Shown here in pieces: positions 21,870-31,605 of a stretch of 64,000 nt of DNA (its first letter is position 1; every line of letters starts with the position of its first letter). Below the pieces are notes generated by a model that searched no databases, was not told the origin of the DNA, and saw only the letters and a list, made by a program, of their open reading frames with translations. Source of the stretch: an uncultured Actinomycetes bacterium (GTDB taxonomy: Bacteria; Actinomycetota; UBA4738; JBBDTT01); NCBI GenBank assembly GCA_963742735.1, contig CAVUMN010000002.1:96001-160000 (forward strand), read 5' to 3'. Made by a program: the position numbers and the translations under genes.

Positions 21870-23435
21870 ATGAGTGAGACCCCCGAGGACCGCGAGCACG
21901 CCGACCTCCCGCCCGTGCGGGTGCTGATCAGCTACCGCCGGGACGACACCGCGGGTCACGCCGGACGCCTGTACGACTCGCTCAGCGAGCGCTTCGGCCG
22001 GGAGCAGATCTTCATCGACATCGCGGCCATCGAGCCGGGTGTGGACTTCAGCGAGACGATCGCCCGCGAGGTCGGCTCCTGCGACGTCCTGCTCGCCGTC
22101 ATCGGCCGCCAGTGGCTGACCGTCACCGACGCCAAGGGCCGGCGCCGGCTGGACAACCCCGACGACTACCACCGGCTGGAGATCCAGGCCGCCCTGGAGC
22201 GCAACATCCGGGTCATCCCGTGCCTGGTCCAGAACGCGCAGATGCCGGCCCTCGACGACCTCCCCGAGGCGATTCAGCGGCTCGCGCTGCGCAACGCGCT
22301 GGAGCTCTCCGACGAGCGGTGGAGCTACGACGTCGGACGCCTCGACGCGGCCATCTCGAGCGTCGCCCGCGCGAAGGCCCTGCGCCCGAAGGAGGAAGAC
22401 GAGGCGCCGAAGGAGCCCGAGCCCGAGGAGCCCGAAGCGCCGCCGACCATCGAGGAGCTTCAGGCAAACGCGGTACCGGAGGAGATCCCCCCGGTCGAGG
22501 AACCGGCAGGCGAGGCCGAGCCACTCCCGACCCCCGCGGTCCCGATGGAGCCGGACGCGTTCGTCCACGTCGAACCGCCCGACCTGCCGGGGACGCCACC
22601 GCCACCACCCACCCCGATGCCCGAACCAACGCCCGAGCCCGAACCCGAACCAACGGAGCCCGCCCCCGAGCCCGAGCCCGAGCCCGAGCCGGCACCGGCG
22701 GCGTTCGTTCCGCCGCCGCCGGTCGAGCCCGCGGCGATGGTGACCGCGCCGATCACGCCCGCGCCGCCCACGGAGTCCTTCCCCCCGGTCGCCCCACCCC
22801 CGCCCCCGCCCGGGCCCTCCGAGCCGAAGCGATCCAGGCGAGGGTTGTTGATCGGGATCGTCATCGCGGCCGTCATCCTCGGGGGCGGCGCCACGGCCTT
22901 CGTCCTCACCCGAGACGACACCCCGGAGCGCACCATCCCAACCGTCGACCCGACCTCCCCGACCCCGACCATCACCGTCACCACCACGACGACCCCGGCG
23001 CCCGCCGACCCGCACGCCGAGCTCATCGCCCGCGTCCCGGCGTCGTTCAGCGCCACCTGCGCGGACGACGACGCGAACTACCTTCCGGACCTGGCCCTGG
23101 GCGGGATCCGGTGCACCGCTTCCGGGATCGAGGTCTGGTACTACCTGTTCTCGACCGGCGCGGACGTGGACGACTGGTACTCGCGGCGGATCGCGGACAC
23201 CGGGATCACCCAGGGCATGGGCGGCGACTGCGCGTCCGACGACACCGCCGAGGACCAGCTGCAGGTGGGCGGCGTCGACGTCGAGGGCCGGCTGTTCTGC
23301 CTGACGAACGACCGCGGCCGGTGGATCGAGTGGAAGCGCACCGACTATCGGATCTACGCGTACGTGCTTCGCGCCGACGGGAACCGCTCCTCGCTGTACG
23401 AGTTCTGGACCGGCGCGGGACCGAACGCCCTCTAG
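21870..23435 (+). CDS. TIR domain - Pro/Glu linker - TM - Cys-containing extracellular domain
   Basis: ISYRRDD, IFID, CDVLLAVIG, RLEI (catalytic Glu position); one TM LLIGIVIAAVILGGGATAFV; four Cys after TM. Confidence 0.88.
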   Translation: MSETPEDREHADLPPVRVLISYRRDDTAGHAGRLYDSLSERFGREQIFIDIAAIEPGVDFSETIAREVGSCDVLLAVIGRQWLTVTDAKGRRRLDNPDDYHRLEIQAALERNIRVIPCLVQNAQMPALDDLPEAIQRLALRNALELSDERWSYDVGRLDAAISSVARAKALRPKEEDEAPKEPEPEEPEAPPTIEELQANAVPEEIPPVEEPAGEAEPLPTPAVPMEPDAFVHVEPPDLPGTPPPPPTPMPEPTPEPEPEPTEPAPEPEPEPEPAPAAFVPPPPVEPAAMVTAPITPAPPTESFPPVAPPPPPPGPSEPKRSRRGLLIGIVIAAVILGGGATAFVLTRDDTPERTIPTVDPTSPTPTITVTTTTTPAPADPHAELIARVPASFSATCADDDANYLPDLALGGIRCTASGIEVWYYLFSTGADVDDWYSRRIADTGITQGMGGDCASDDTAEDQLQVGGVDVEGRLFCLTNDRGRWIEWKRTDYRIYAYVLRADGNRSSLYEFWTGAGPNAL

Positions 23436-23452
23436 GGCATAGGCTCGACCCC

Positions 23453-24559
23453 GTGGACGAGGGCTTCCTCACCATCGGGATCGAGGAGGAGTTCCAGATC
23501 GTCGACGCGGAGACCCGCGAGCTCCGCGCCCACATCGACGCGGTCATGGAGGTCGCCGGCCCCACCCTCGGCGACGAGGTCAAGCCCGAGATGATGCAGT
23601 CCGTCGTCGAGGTCGGGACCAAGGTCTGCGCCGACGTGGCCGAGGCCCGGCGCGAGATCGTGCGCCTGCGCGCCACCGTCGCCGGGATCCTGGAGGCCTC
23701 CGGCCTGCGCCTGGTCTCCGCCGGTACCCACCCGTTCAGCCGGTGGCAGGAGCAGCTGATCACCAACAAGGAGCGCTACAAGCTCATGGAGGAGGAGATG
23801 CAGGACGTCGTCCGCGAGCTCCTCATCTTCGGACTCCACGTCCACGTGGGCATCCCCGATCCGGAGCTGCGGATCGAGCTCATGAACGAGGCCCGCTACT
23901 TCCTGCCCCACCTGCTGGCGCTGTCGTCCTCGAGCCCGTTCTGGATGGGCCGGGAGACCGGCGTGAAGTCCTACCGGACCGTCCTGTGGTCGAGGTTCCC
24001 GCGCACCAGCATCCCCCCGGACTTCGACTCGTGGAGCGAGTACCAGGGCTTCATCGACCTGCTGGTGAAGACGAACTCGATCGAGGACGGCACGAAGATC
24101 TGGTGGGACATCCGCCCCCACGTCATCTACCCGACCCTCGAGTTCCGGATCTGCGACGCGGCCACCCGGGTGGACGAGACGATCTGTCTGGCCGCGCTCA
24201 TCCAGGCGACGGTGGCCAAGCTCCTGAAGCTCCGCCGGCAGAACCTGGGGTTCCGCAAGTACCCGCCGCGTCTGGTGCGAGAGAACAAGTGGCGGGCCCT
24301 GCGCGGCGGCCTGGAGGGCAACCTGATCGACTTCGGCAAGCAGACAGAGGTGCCGATGCGCGACCTGGCCCTGGAGTACCTGGACTTCGTCGACGACGTG
24401 GTCGACGAGCTCGGCTCGCGGGCCGAGGTCGACTACGTCCACACCATCATCGAGGGCGGCACGAGCGCCGACCGCCAGCAGGCCACGTGGCGGGAGACCG
24501 GGGACCTGAAGGCCGTGGTCGACCGCCTTGCCGAGGAAACCCTCGAGGGGGTCCGTTGA
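23453..24559 (+). CDS. Carboxylate-amine ligase (YbdK/GCS2 family)
   Basis: TIGIEEEFQIVD, GTHPF, FGLHVHVG, WWDIRP, TLEFRICD. Confidence 0.92.
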   Translation: MDEGFLTIGIEEEFQIVDAETRELRAHIDAVMEVAGPTLGDEVKPEMMQSVVEVGTKVCADVAEARREIVRLRATVAGILEASGLRLVSAGTHPFSRWQEQLITNKERYKLMEEEMQDVVRELLIFGLHVHVGIPDPELRIELMNEARYFLPHLLALSSSSPFWMGRETGVKSYRTVLWSRFPRTSIPPDFDSWSEYQGFIDLLVKTNSIEDGTKIWWDIRPHVIYPTLEFRICDAATRVDETICLAALIQATVAKLLKLRRQNLGFRKYPPRLVRENKWRALRGGLEGNLIDFGKQTEVPMRDLALEYLDFVDDVVDELGSRAEVDYVHTIIEGGTSADRQQATWRETGDLKAVVDRLAEETLEGVR

Positions 24560-24573
24560 CGTACACCGGGGTG

Positions 24574-25086
24574 ATGCGCTCGCTCCGGGTCGCCCTCGCC
24601 GCCCTGCTCGTCGTCGGCCTGCTGGCCATGCCGGCGGAGGCGGCCAAGAAGAAGAAGCCCAAGCCCGACCGGACGCCGCCCCGCTCGGTCATCCACGACG
24701 AGAACAACGCCGTGAAGATCGGGATGGACGCCGACCAGGACGCGCCGGCGCAGCCGCCGGCGGAGCTCGAGCCCTACACGAAGGTCACCGGCATCACCAC
24801 CGACGCCAAGGGCGGGCTGATCGACTACGTGGTCATCCGCTTTCACCGCGAGGACCCGGTGGGGGGCACCCTCGGCGAGATCGAGACCGCCACCTGTGAG
24901 CCGCCCCGGCGGACGTGCCACTGGGAGGCCCGCGTCCCCTGGCTCGACGACGACCTGATCATGGCCGACCCCGTCCTGGGTCTCACCCACGGGATCCCGG
25001 CGATCTGGACCGTGACCGTGAAGGCCTACGACGAGGCCGGCAACGTCGAGACGAACGGGCCGGAGATCCAGATCGTCGTGATCTGA
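24574..25086 (+). CDS. Secreted protein with Ig-like fold signature
   Basis: Signal peptide (PAEA), DRTPP, VKAYDEAGNVE. Confidence 0.65.
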   Translation: MRSLRVALAALLVVGLLAMPAEAAKKKKPKPDRTPPRSVIHDENNAVKIGMDADQDAPAQPPAELEPYTKVTGITTDAKGGLIDYVVIRFHREDPVGGTLGEIETATCEPPRRTCHWEARVPWLDDDLIMADPVLGLTHGIPAIWTVTVKAYDEAGNVETNGPEIQIVVI

Positions 25087-25111
25087 ACCGCCGGCCGGTT
25101 CCCCGTCTGGG

Positions 25112-26719
25112 TCAGCTGCTGGCGGTCTGGACGTCGTTCACCAGGCGAAGCGTGTGCATCAGGACCGCGTCGCCGAAGCACGCGTCGAGCCCGTAGGCGT
25201 CCTCGTACTCCGACAGGACGAGCTCGTCCTGTCCCACTCCGTCCGTCACCTCACTGGGGACGCTGCCGACGAACCCGACGCCCTGGCGCCCGACGTGGTC
25301 GGTCTCGAAGGACTGCATGATGTAGCCGAGGCCGTCGTTCACCTGGGCCAGCGGGAAGGCGATGAACGGCGTCTCCTCCTCGATGGTGTTCGACAGGTTG
25401 GAGAACGTCTCGCCGGGGGCGCCGGTGAAGATCAGGTTCCCGACTCGGGCTGCGGACACCGCGGTGCTCACCCCGAGCGGAGACGCCGAGCGGCACCAGC
25501 GGAGCTCGCTCTTGCCGGCCCCCACGAGGCCGAGCGGGGTGAACGGCCGATCGAAGAACCCGACCGCGCCCAGCGTGCCGAGCGGGATGTTCGTGATGGG
25601 CTGGGTCCAGAACGTCTGCCTGACCACCACGTCGGTGCCGGTCACGGCCTGGCCGCCGCCGGGCTGCGGGATCAGGTTGGCCAGCCCGTTGCCGACCCCC
25701 TGAGTTCCGCCCGAGTTGCTCATGTTGCCCAGGCCGGTCTGGAAGAAGAGGCCGACCCCGCCGAACCGATCCTCCACGCGCTTCTCGAAGACGGCGGGGA
25801 AGTCGGCGTGCGCGGTGCCGCCGTTGTTCCCCACCGACGTCGGGTGGGCGGCGTAGGCGCCGAGGGTCCCGATGGTCGCCCCGGTGGCGCTGTTGGTGAA
25901 CCGCGCCCACGAGAACGTGTTCTCCTCCGCGGACCAGTACAGGTCGCGGCGCTCGCCGTTGAACTGCCGGGCGAGCACGTCGCCGGCCTCCACCGAGGCG
26001 GGGACGCGGTTGGCGATGGCGTTGCCCACGGAGGTGCGGATCGCGTCCGCCACCTGCTCCATGTACCAGCTGGGCACGCCGCCCCATCCGCCGATGAAGT
26101 CCGGGGCGGCGTGGCTGTGCGTCGAGGCGAGCATGAACCCGGCCGGGTTGAAGCCGTGTTCCGCCCCGAGCTCCTCGGCCAGGTCGAAGGCGCCGCAGCC
26201 GTCGCAGAGCTTGCCGTACTTGCCGAAGTAGGAGGTGCCGTCCAGGATCGACAGGACGAACGAGTCCCGGCCGTCGGAGATGAACAGCGTGCGGACCCAC
26301 AGGCCGTACTGCTGGTCCCAGGCCGTGATGGGGTTCATCGGGCCGATGCCGAACCCGCCCTGGTACAGGCAGCTCGGGTTCTCCGGCCAGGTCAGCCGGA
26401 GGTCGCCCAGGTGGCCGAACGCCTCGGGGGCGTCGTCACCCATGGTGGCGCAGCCCTCCTTCGCCCAGGTCCCGCCGTAGGCGGCGGGCTTCGGCTCGAT
26501 CGACACCTTCGCGGCGCCGACGACGAACTGGCCGGGGACGAGCGCCGCGGCCGCGGACTCCGAGCCGGCCTCGCCGGCCAGGAGGGGGGCCTCGATCCCG
26601 AGATTGTCGGCCGTCCCGGAGACCGGGGCCAGCCCGACTCCTGCCCACGCCACCGAGACGGTGAGCACGCCGGTGAGGAGCGAGACGAACAGGGTTCGTA
26701 CGGGACGTCGAGCGGGCAT
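25112..26719 (-). CDS. Secreted neutral/alkaline ceramidase-like protein
   Basis: Signal peptide; STHSHAAPD, AAHP, ADFP, QTGLGN, GAPGE. Confidence 0.7.
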   Translation of the reverse strand: MPARRPVRTLFVSLLTGVLTVSVAWAGVGLAPVSGTADNLGIEAPLLAGEAGSESAAAALVPGQFVVGAAKVSIEPKPAAYGGTWAKEGCATMGDDAPEAFGHLGDLRLTWPENPSCLYQGGFGIGPMNPITAWDQQYGLWVRTLFISDGRDSFVLSILDGTSYFGKYGKLCDGCGAFDLAEELGAEHGFNPAGFMLASTHSHAAPDFIGGWGGVPSWYMEQVADAIRTSVGNAIANRVPASVEAGDVLARQFNGERRDLYWSAEENTFSWARFTNSATGATIGTLGAYAAHPTSVGNNGGTAHADFPAVFEKRVEDRFGGVGLFFQTGLGNMSNSGGTQGVGNGLANLIPQPGGGQAVTGTDVVVRQTFWTQPITNIPLGTLGAVGFFDRPFTPLGLVGAGKSELRWCRSASPLGVSTAVSAARVGNLIFTGAPGETFSNLSNTIEEETPFIAFPLAQVNDGLGYIMQSFETDHVGRQGVGFVGSVPSEVTDGVGQDELVLSEYEDAYGLDACFGDAVLMHTLRLVNDVQTASS

Positions 26720-26822
26720 TCGATTTCCTCCGGGAGTGGGAGCGCTGCGGGCGAGTACTGCCAGACTCATTCCAGGGAGGGGCCTCGATTCCTGCCCGGC
26801 GCGCCGAAGCCGCCGGCTCGAG

Positions 26823-28367
26823 CTAGAGGGACCCCATGAGGGTCAAGGTCTTCTCCAGGACCGCGTCGCCGAAGCACGCGTCCAGGCTGAACGCGTCCTC
26901 GTACTCCGCGACGGGGTCCCCGGCGAAGCCGGTGCCCTGGCGCCCGAGGTGGTCGGTCTCGAAGGACTGAATGATGTAGCCGAGCCCGTCGTTGACCTGG
27001 GCCAGCGGGAACGCGACGAAGGGCGCCTTCTCCTCGATGGTGTTGGTCAGGTTCGAGAACGTCTCGCCGGGGGCGCCGGTGAACCACAGGTCCCCGACTT
27101 TCGCCCCCGAGACGGAGGTGTTCACCCCGAGGGGTGAGACGGAGCGACACCGGCGCACGTCGTTCTCGCCCTCGTCGACCAGCGAGCCCGCCGAGAACGA
27201 GCGGTCGAAGAACCCGGCCGTGCCGAGGGTCCCCAGCGGGATGTTCGTGATCGGCTGGTCCCAGAACACCTGCCCGACCTTCACGTCGGTCCCGGTCACC
27301 CGCTCGCCCTGCCCCTTGCCGGGGACCAGGGCGGCCAGGCCGTTGCCCATCTCCTCGGTGCTCCCGCGCGGGCTCATGTTGCCGAGCCCGGTCTGGAAGA
27401 ACATGCCGATGCCGCCGAAGCGCTGCTCGACCTTCCGGTCGAACACCCCGGGGAAGTCGGCGTTGGCGACGCCCATGCTCTCGTCCGCGGTGACCGGGTG
27501 TGCCGCGAACGCGCCCAGCGTCGCGATGGTCTTGCTCGTGCCGGCGCGGTAGAAGCGGACCCAGGACATCGTGGGGTCCTCGGACGACCGGTAGAAGTCG
27601 CGGCGCTCGCCGCTGAAGTCGCGGGCGAGCACCTCGCCCGCCTCGACGCTCGCGGGCTTCCGCTGGGCGTACGCCCCGCCGACTGCGCCGCGGATCGCGT
27701 CGGCCACCTGCTCCATGTACCAGCCGGGGACGCCGCCCCACCCGCCGATGAAGTCGGGCGCCGTGTGACTGTGGGTCGAGGCGAGCATGAACCCGGCCGG
27801 ATCGAAGTGGTACTTCGCGCCGAGCTCCTGGGCCAGGTCGATGGCGCCGCAGCCGTCGCACAGGTTGTTGAAGTGACCGAAGTACGAGGTCCCGTCGAGG
27901 ATCGCCAGGACCAGCGCGTCCTTGCCGTCGGAGATGTAGAGCGCCCGAACCCACAAGCCGTACTTCGTGTCCCACGAGGTGATGGGGTTCATCGGCCCGA
28001 TCCCGTAGCCGCCGCTGTACAGGCAGCCCGGGTCCTCGGGCCAGGGCAGCCGGATGTCGCCCAGGTGACCGAACGTCGCGGCGCCCGCGTCCTCCTCCAG
28101 CGTCGCGCAGCCCTCCTTCTGCCAGGTCGCGCCGTACTTGGCGGGCTTCGGCTCGATGGAGACCTTCGCGGCGCCGACCGTGAACTGGCGCCCGCGGGGG
28201 AGCGCCGCGGACGTCTCGCCCCCGCCCTTCGAAGGCGCGGCCGCGTCGAGCACCGGGTCGAGGAGGCCCTTCACGGGGGCCAGGCCGATCCCGGCCCAGG
28301 CGGCGCCCACGGTCAGCGCACCCGTGAGGGCCGCGACGATCAGGGTGCGAACGGTGCGTCCAGTCAT
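26823..28367 (-). CDS. Secreted neutral/alkaline ceramidase-like protein (paralogue)
   Basis: Colinear similarity to 25112-26719; STHSHTAPD, AAHP, GAPGE. Confidence 0.7.
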   Translation of the reverse strand: MTGRTVRTLIVAALTGALTVGAAWAGIGLAPVKGLLDPVLDAAAPSKGGGETSAALPRGRQFTVGAAKVSIEPKPAKYGATWQKEGCATLEEDAGAATFGHLGDIRLPWPEDPGCLYSGGYGIGPMNPITSWDTKYGLWVRALYISDGKDALVLAILDGTSYFGHFNNLCDGCGAIDLAQELGAKYHFDPAGFMLASTHSHTAPDFIGGWGGVPGWYMEQVADAIRGAVGGAYAQRKPASVEAGEVLARDFSGERRDFYRSSEDPTMSWVRFYRAGTSKTIATLGAFAAHPVTADESMGVANADFPGVFDRKVEQRFGGIGMFFQTGLGNMSPRGSTEEMGNGLAALVPGKGQGERVTGTDVKVGQVFWDQPITNIPLGTLGTAGFFDRSFSAGSLVDEGENDVRRCRSVSPLGVNTSVSGAKVGDLWFTGAPGETFSNLTNTIEEKAPFVAFPLAQVNDGLGYIIQSFETDHLGRQGTGFAGDPVAEYEDAFSLDACFGDAVLEKTLTLMGSL

Positions 28368-28464
28368 CGAGTCCTCCACGCGTCGCCGTTGGCAGGAGGC
28401 AGGGCGCCGCACCGCCATACCTGACAGATTTCCCCGGATTCGCTCGGATTCCTGCTCGGCGGAG

Positions 28465-28860
28465 CTACACCGGGGGGCGGGGCGGCAGCGTGCGAGGGAT
28501 GTCCTGGGCCAGCTCGACCACGTGGCCGTCGGGGTCGAGCACGTGCACGGTCCGGTGCCCCCATGGGCGGTCGACGGGCCCGTGGACCTCCAGGCCGGCA
28601 GCGCGGAGGCGATCCGCCTCGGCCTCCGCGTCCTCCACCGAGAACACCACCTCGGCGGTGGGGCCGGGCTCGCCCGGCGGGCGGCGGATCAGCCCGGGGA
28701 CCCGGGCCCGCTCGAACAGGGCGAACCGCGGCGCGTCCGTCGAGAACTCCGCGTAACCGTGCTCGGTGAACTTCAGCTCGAGCCCGAGGGCGTCGCGGTA
28801 GAAGGCCACGCTCGCGCCGAGGTCCGCGACGAACAGGATGACGTGGCTCAGGCGACGCAC
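28465..28860 (-). CDS. VOC/glyoxalase family protein
   Basis: HVILFVADL..SVAFYRDALG, PWG, DPDGHVVEL. Confidence 0.9.
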   Translation of the reverse strand: MRRLSHVILFVADLGASVAFYRDALGLELKFTEHGYAEFSTDAPRFALFERARVPGLIRRPPGEPGPTAEVVFSVEDAEAEADRLRAAGLEVHGPVDRPWGHRTVHVLDPDGHVVELAQDIPRTLPPRPPV

Positions 28861-28884
28861 GGCCGAACACTCTACGATCGAGGC

Positions 28885-29160
28885 GTGAAGGGCGATCGGG
28901 TCGAGATCGTCGTGGACGCCGGGGACGGCGCCCGGACCTTCGAGATCGAGGCGACGAAGGCGGGCCGGCGCGTGGAGGTCTCCACCGCACGCGGCGTGGT
29001 CGAGGTGGCCGAGCTCACCCGGACCGGCCAACCCGTGCGCACCGGCCGGTTCATGGCCAGCCGGGTGATCGCGCTGGTGGAGCACCCCGCCGAGGACGAA
29101 CGCCCTAAGGCCTCCGGGCCTCGCGCGCGCGACCAGGCCTCCTTGCTCTCGCCCGGCTGA
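28885..29160 (+). CDS. Small hypothetical protein
   Basis: Host-like codon usage; GTG 6 nt after TACGAT. Confidence 0.65.
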   Translation: MKGDRVEIVVDAGDGARTFEIEATKAGRRVEVSTARGVVEVAELTRTGQPVRTGRFMASRVIALVEHPAEDERPKASGPRARDQASLLSPG

Positions 29161-29198
29161 GCAGGATTCGCCCGCCAGGGCATGGAATCACCTTTCCC

Positions 29199-31559
29199 AT
29201 GCGCCCGGCCCGCGTCTGCGCCCTGCTGCTCGCCCTCGGCCTGCTCGCGCCCACCTCGGCGCACGCGGCCGAGCCCCTCATCCCCGTCGACCTGCCCGTC
29301 GGCGGCCACGAGCTGAACAAGGGCACCGGCAAGGTCGTACCCGCCACCCCCATCGCACCCGTCGCGAAGACCATCGACGGGGCCATCGGCGACTGGGTCG
29401 GCCTGCCCTCACGGTACGCCGGCACCAGCGTGTACTCGGGCGGCGAGTACGTGTACCAGGACCACCTCTTCGACGCGTTCGGCGCCGACGCCGGCGAGGA
29501 CGTGGAGCTCAACGCGACCCTCGACCCCCTGGCCGCGGCGGTCCCCGAGACCTACCGCACCGAGGGCATCTTCCGGTACCTGGCCGGTGAGCTCGGCCTG
29601 CCCCCGCCCTTCGAGGCGACGGTCAACTACGGCAACCTGGGGCCGCTGTTCGGCGCGGACCTCGAGGAGCTCCACGTCTCCCTCGACGCGGACAACGTCT
29701 ACCTTCTGGCCCGCACGACCAAGCTCGCCACCGCGAACGAGACGGGCCTGCTCCTGCTGGTCGACCTCGGGGGCGGCTCGATCGACCGGGCGGTGCCGTT
29801 CAACACCGGCCTGCGCACCACCAGGGCGGACCTGGCCGTGCTGGTCGCCGGGACCAGCGGCTGGGTGGCCGACCTGGGGACCGGCGCCGTGACACCGCTG
29901 GGCGCCGGGTCCGTCGCCACCGACCCCACGGCGTTCAACAACGCCATCGAGGCCCGCATCCCGCGGGCGGCCCTGCACCTGGGGGCGACCGCCGGTACCC
30001 TGCGCATCGCGGCGGGGACCGGTCCGTTCGACGCCGCGAAGAACGCCTTCGCCGACACCGGCCTTCCGTCGAACCTGGCCAACGTCGCGTTCCGCGCCGC
30101 CGAGCCGGTCCGCGAGTGGTTCGAGAAGCAGCAGGCCTTCAGCCTGTACGCGAAGACGATCGACCCGTTCTTCGCCAACGTCGACATCGCGCGGGTCCTG
30201 CGCGGGGCCACCGAGCGCTTCGTGCCCGGTCCGGGCTACCACGAGCGCGTGTTCATCTCCAAGGCCCAGGCCAGCGAGGGGTCCCGCGACGGCATCTGGC
30301 AGCCGTACGGGCTGTTCCTGCCGAAGGCCTTCGCCGAGGGCAAGACGCTCCCGCTGCAGTTCTGGCTCCACTGGCGGGGAGGGACGGCGCACAGCGCGGG
30401 GACGGCCACCCCCGACATCTTCCGCCAGCTGGGCGAGAAGCAGAACACGATCGTCGTCGCTCCGCGGGGACGGGGGACGTCGTCGTGGTACGTGGGCGCC
30501 GGGCACGTGGACGTCCTCGAGGTCTACGAGCAGGTCACCAGCTCGTTCGCGATCGACCTCAACCGCGTGTACCTGGCCGGTCACTCGATGGGCGGGTGGG
30601 GGTCCTACCTGTTCGCCATCACGCACCCGGACCTGTTCGCCGCCGCGCTGCCCGCCTCGCCGCCCCAGACACAGGGCCTGTGGACCGGACTCGACTTCGA
30701 GGGCTGCGACGGCTACACGGCCGGCGACTACAACCTCTGCTACAGCCCGACGGACGACGGCCGGGCCCGCGACCAGGCCGTGGTGAAGATGATCGGCAAC
30801 CTGCGGAACCTGCCCGTGGCGGTGTTCCAGGGGATGGCCGACGAGCTCGTCTGGTACCCGGGGGTGGCCCGCACCAGCCTGACCCTCACGCAGATCGGCT
30901 ACCGCAACCGCCTGTACTCGTTCCCGACCCAGGAGCACTACGGCCCGCCGGTGTGGGACCAGTGGAAGGACGCCGCGACCTATCTGCACTCGTTCGTGCG
31001 CAACCCGAACCCGCCCCGTGTGACCTTCCGTCGCGACATGCTCTTCGAGCGTGCCGTCGAGGAGATCCGCACCCAGGGCGCCAAGCTCTCCTTCGACTTC
31101 GACCGCGCCTACTGGATGTCCGAGCTGATCCCCGCGAACAACGTGAGCGCCGCGGCCACGTTCGACGGCCGCTCGCTGGCGATCCCCCAGGCGCCCTACC
31201 TGGAGGTCCCCGAGGTGGGCGGGCCGGCGGCCATCGGCAACACCGGCCCGTACTTGATGACCGGCCTGCGGTGGCTCGACGACCCGACCGCGACGGCGCC
31301 GGCGACGGTCAACGGGTTCCAGGCCACACTGTCCGGCGCCAAGGCCGTGCGTCTGGACCTGGGGCGGATGGCGATCGATTCCTCCAGGACCGTCACCGGC
31401 ACGGTCACCACCGACCGGTCGATGCAGCTGCGGCTGTTCGGGACGTGGACCACCGCCCCGGTCGTGAAGCGGAACGGCGTGGGGGTCGCGCGAACCCTGG
31501 CCTCGGGCGTCCTGTCCATCACCTTGCCCGCGGGGACGTCCACGCTCACCATCGGCTAG
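29199..31559 (+). CDS. Large secreted alpha/beta hydrolase
   Basis: Signal peptide (AHA), GHSMGG nucleophile elbow, FQGMADELV, QEH. Confidence 0.85.
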   Translation: MRPARVCALLLALGLLAPTSAHAAEPLIPVDLPVGGHELNKGTGKVVPATPIAPVAKTIDGAIGDWVGLPSRYAGTSVYSGGEYVYQDHLFDAFGADAGEDVELNATLDPLAAAVPETYRTEGIFRYLAGELGLPPPFEATVNYGNLGPLFGADLEELHVSLDADNVYLLARTTKLATANETGLLLLVDLGGGSIDRAVPFNTGLRTTRADLAVLVAGTSGWVADLGTGAVTPLGAGSVATDPTAFNNAIEARIPRAALHLGATAGTLRIAAGTGPFDAAKNAFADTGLPSNLANVAFRAAEPVREWFEKQQAFSLYAKTIDPFFANVDIARVLRGATERFVPGPGYHERVFISKAQASEGSRDGIWQPYGLFLPKAFAEGKTLPLQFWLHWRGGTAHSAGTATPDIFRQLGEKQNTIVVAPRGRGTSSWYVGAGHVDVLEVYEQVTSSFAIDLNRVYLAGHSMGGWGSYLFAITHPDLFAAALPASPPQTQGLWTGLDFEGCDGYTAGDYNLCYSPTDDGRARDQAVVKMIGNLRNLPVAVFQGMADELVWYPGVARTSLTLTQIGYRNRLYSFPTQEHYGPPVWDQWKDAATYLHSFVRNPNPPRVTFRRDMLFERAVEEIRTQGAKLSFDFDRAYWMSELIPANNVSAAATFDGRSLAIPQAPYLEVPEVGGPAAIGNTGPYLMTGLRWLDDPTATAPATVNGFQATLSGAKAVRLDLGRMAIDSSRTVTGTVTTDRSMQLRLFGTWTTAPVVKRNGVGVARTLASGVLSITLPAGTSTLTIG

Positions 31560-31605
31560 GCCGGGGCGAGGGCGGTTCCGCCCGCCGGGATATCATCGCC
31601 GCGAC

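Noticed and set aside
22400-22820. CCCGAG-type tandem repeats
   Set aside because: They encode the Pro/Glu linker of the TIR protein
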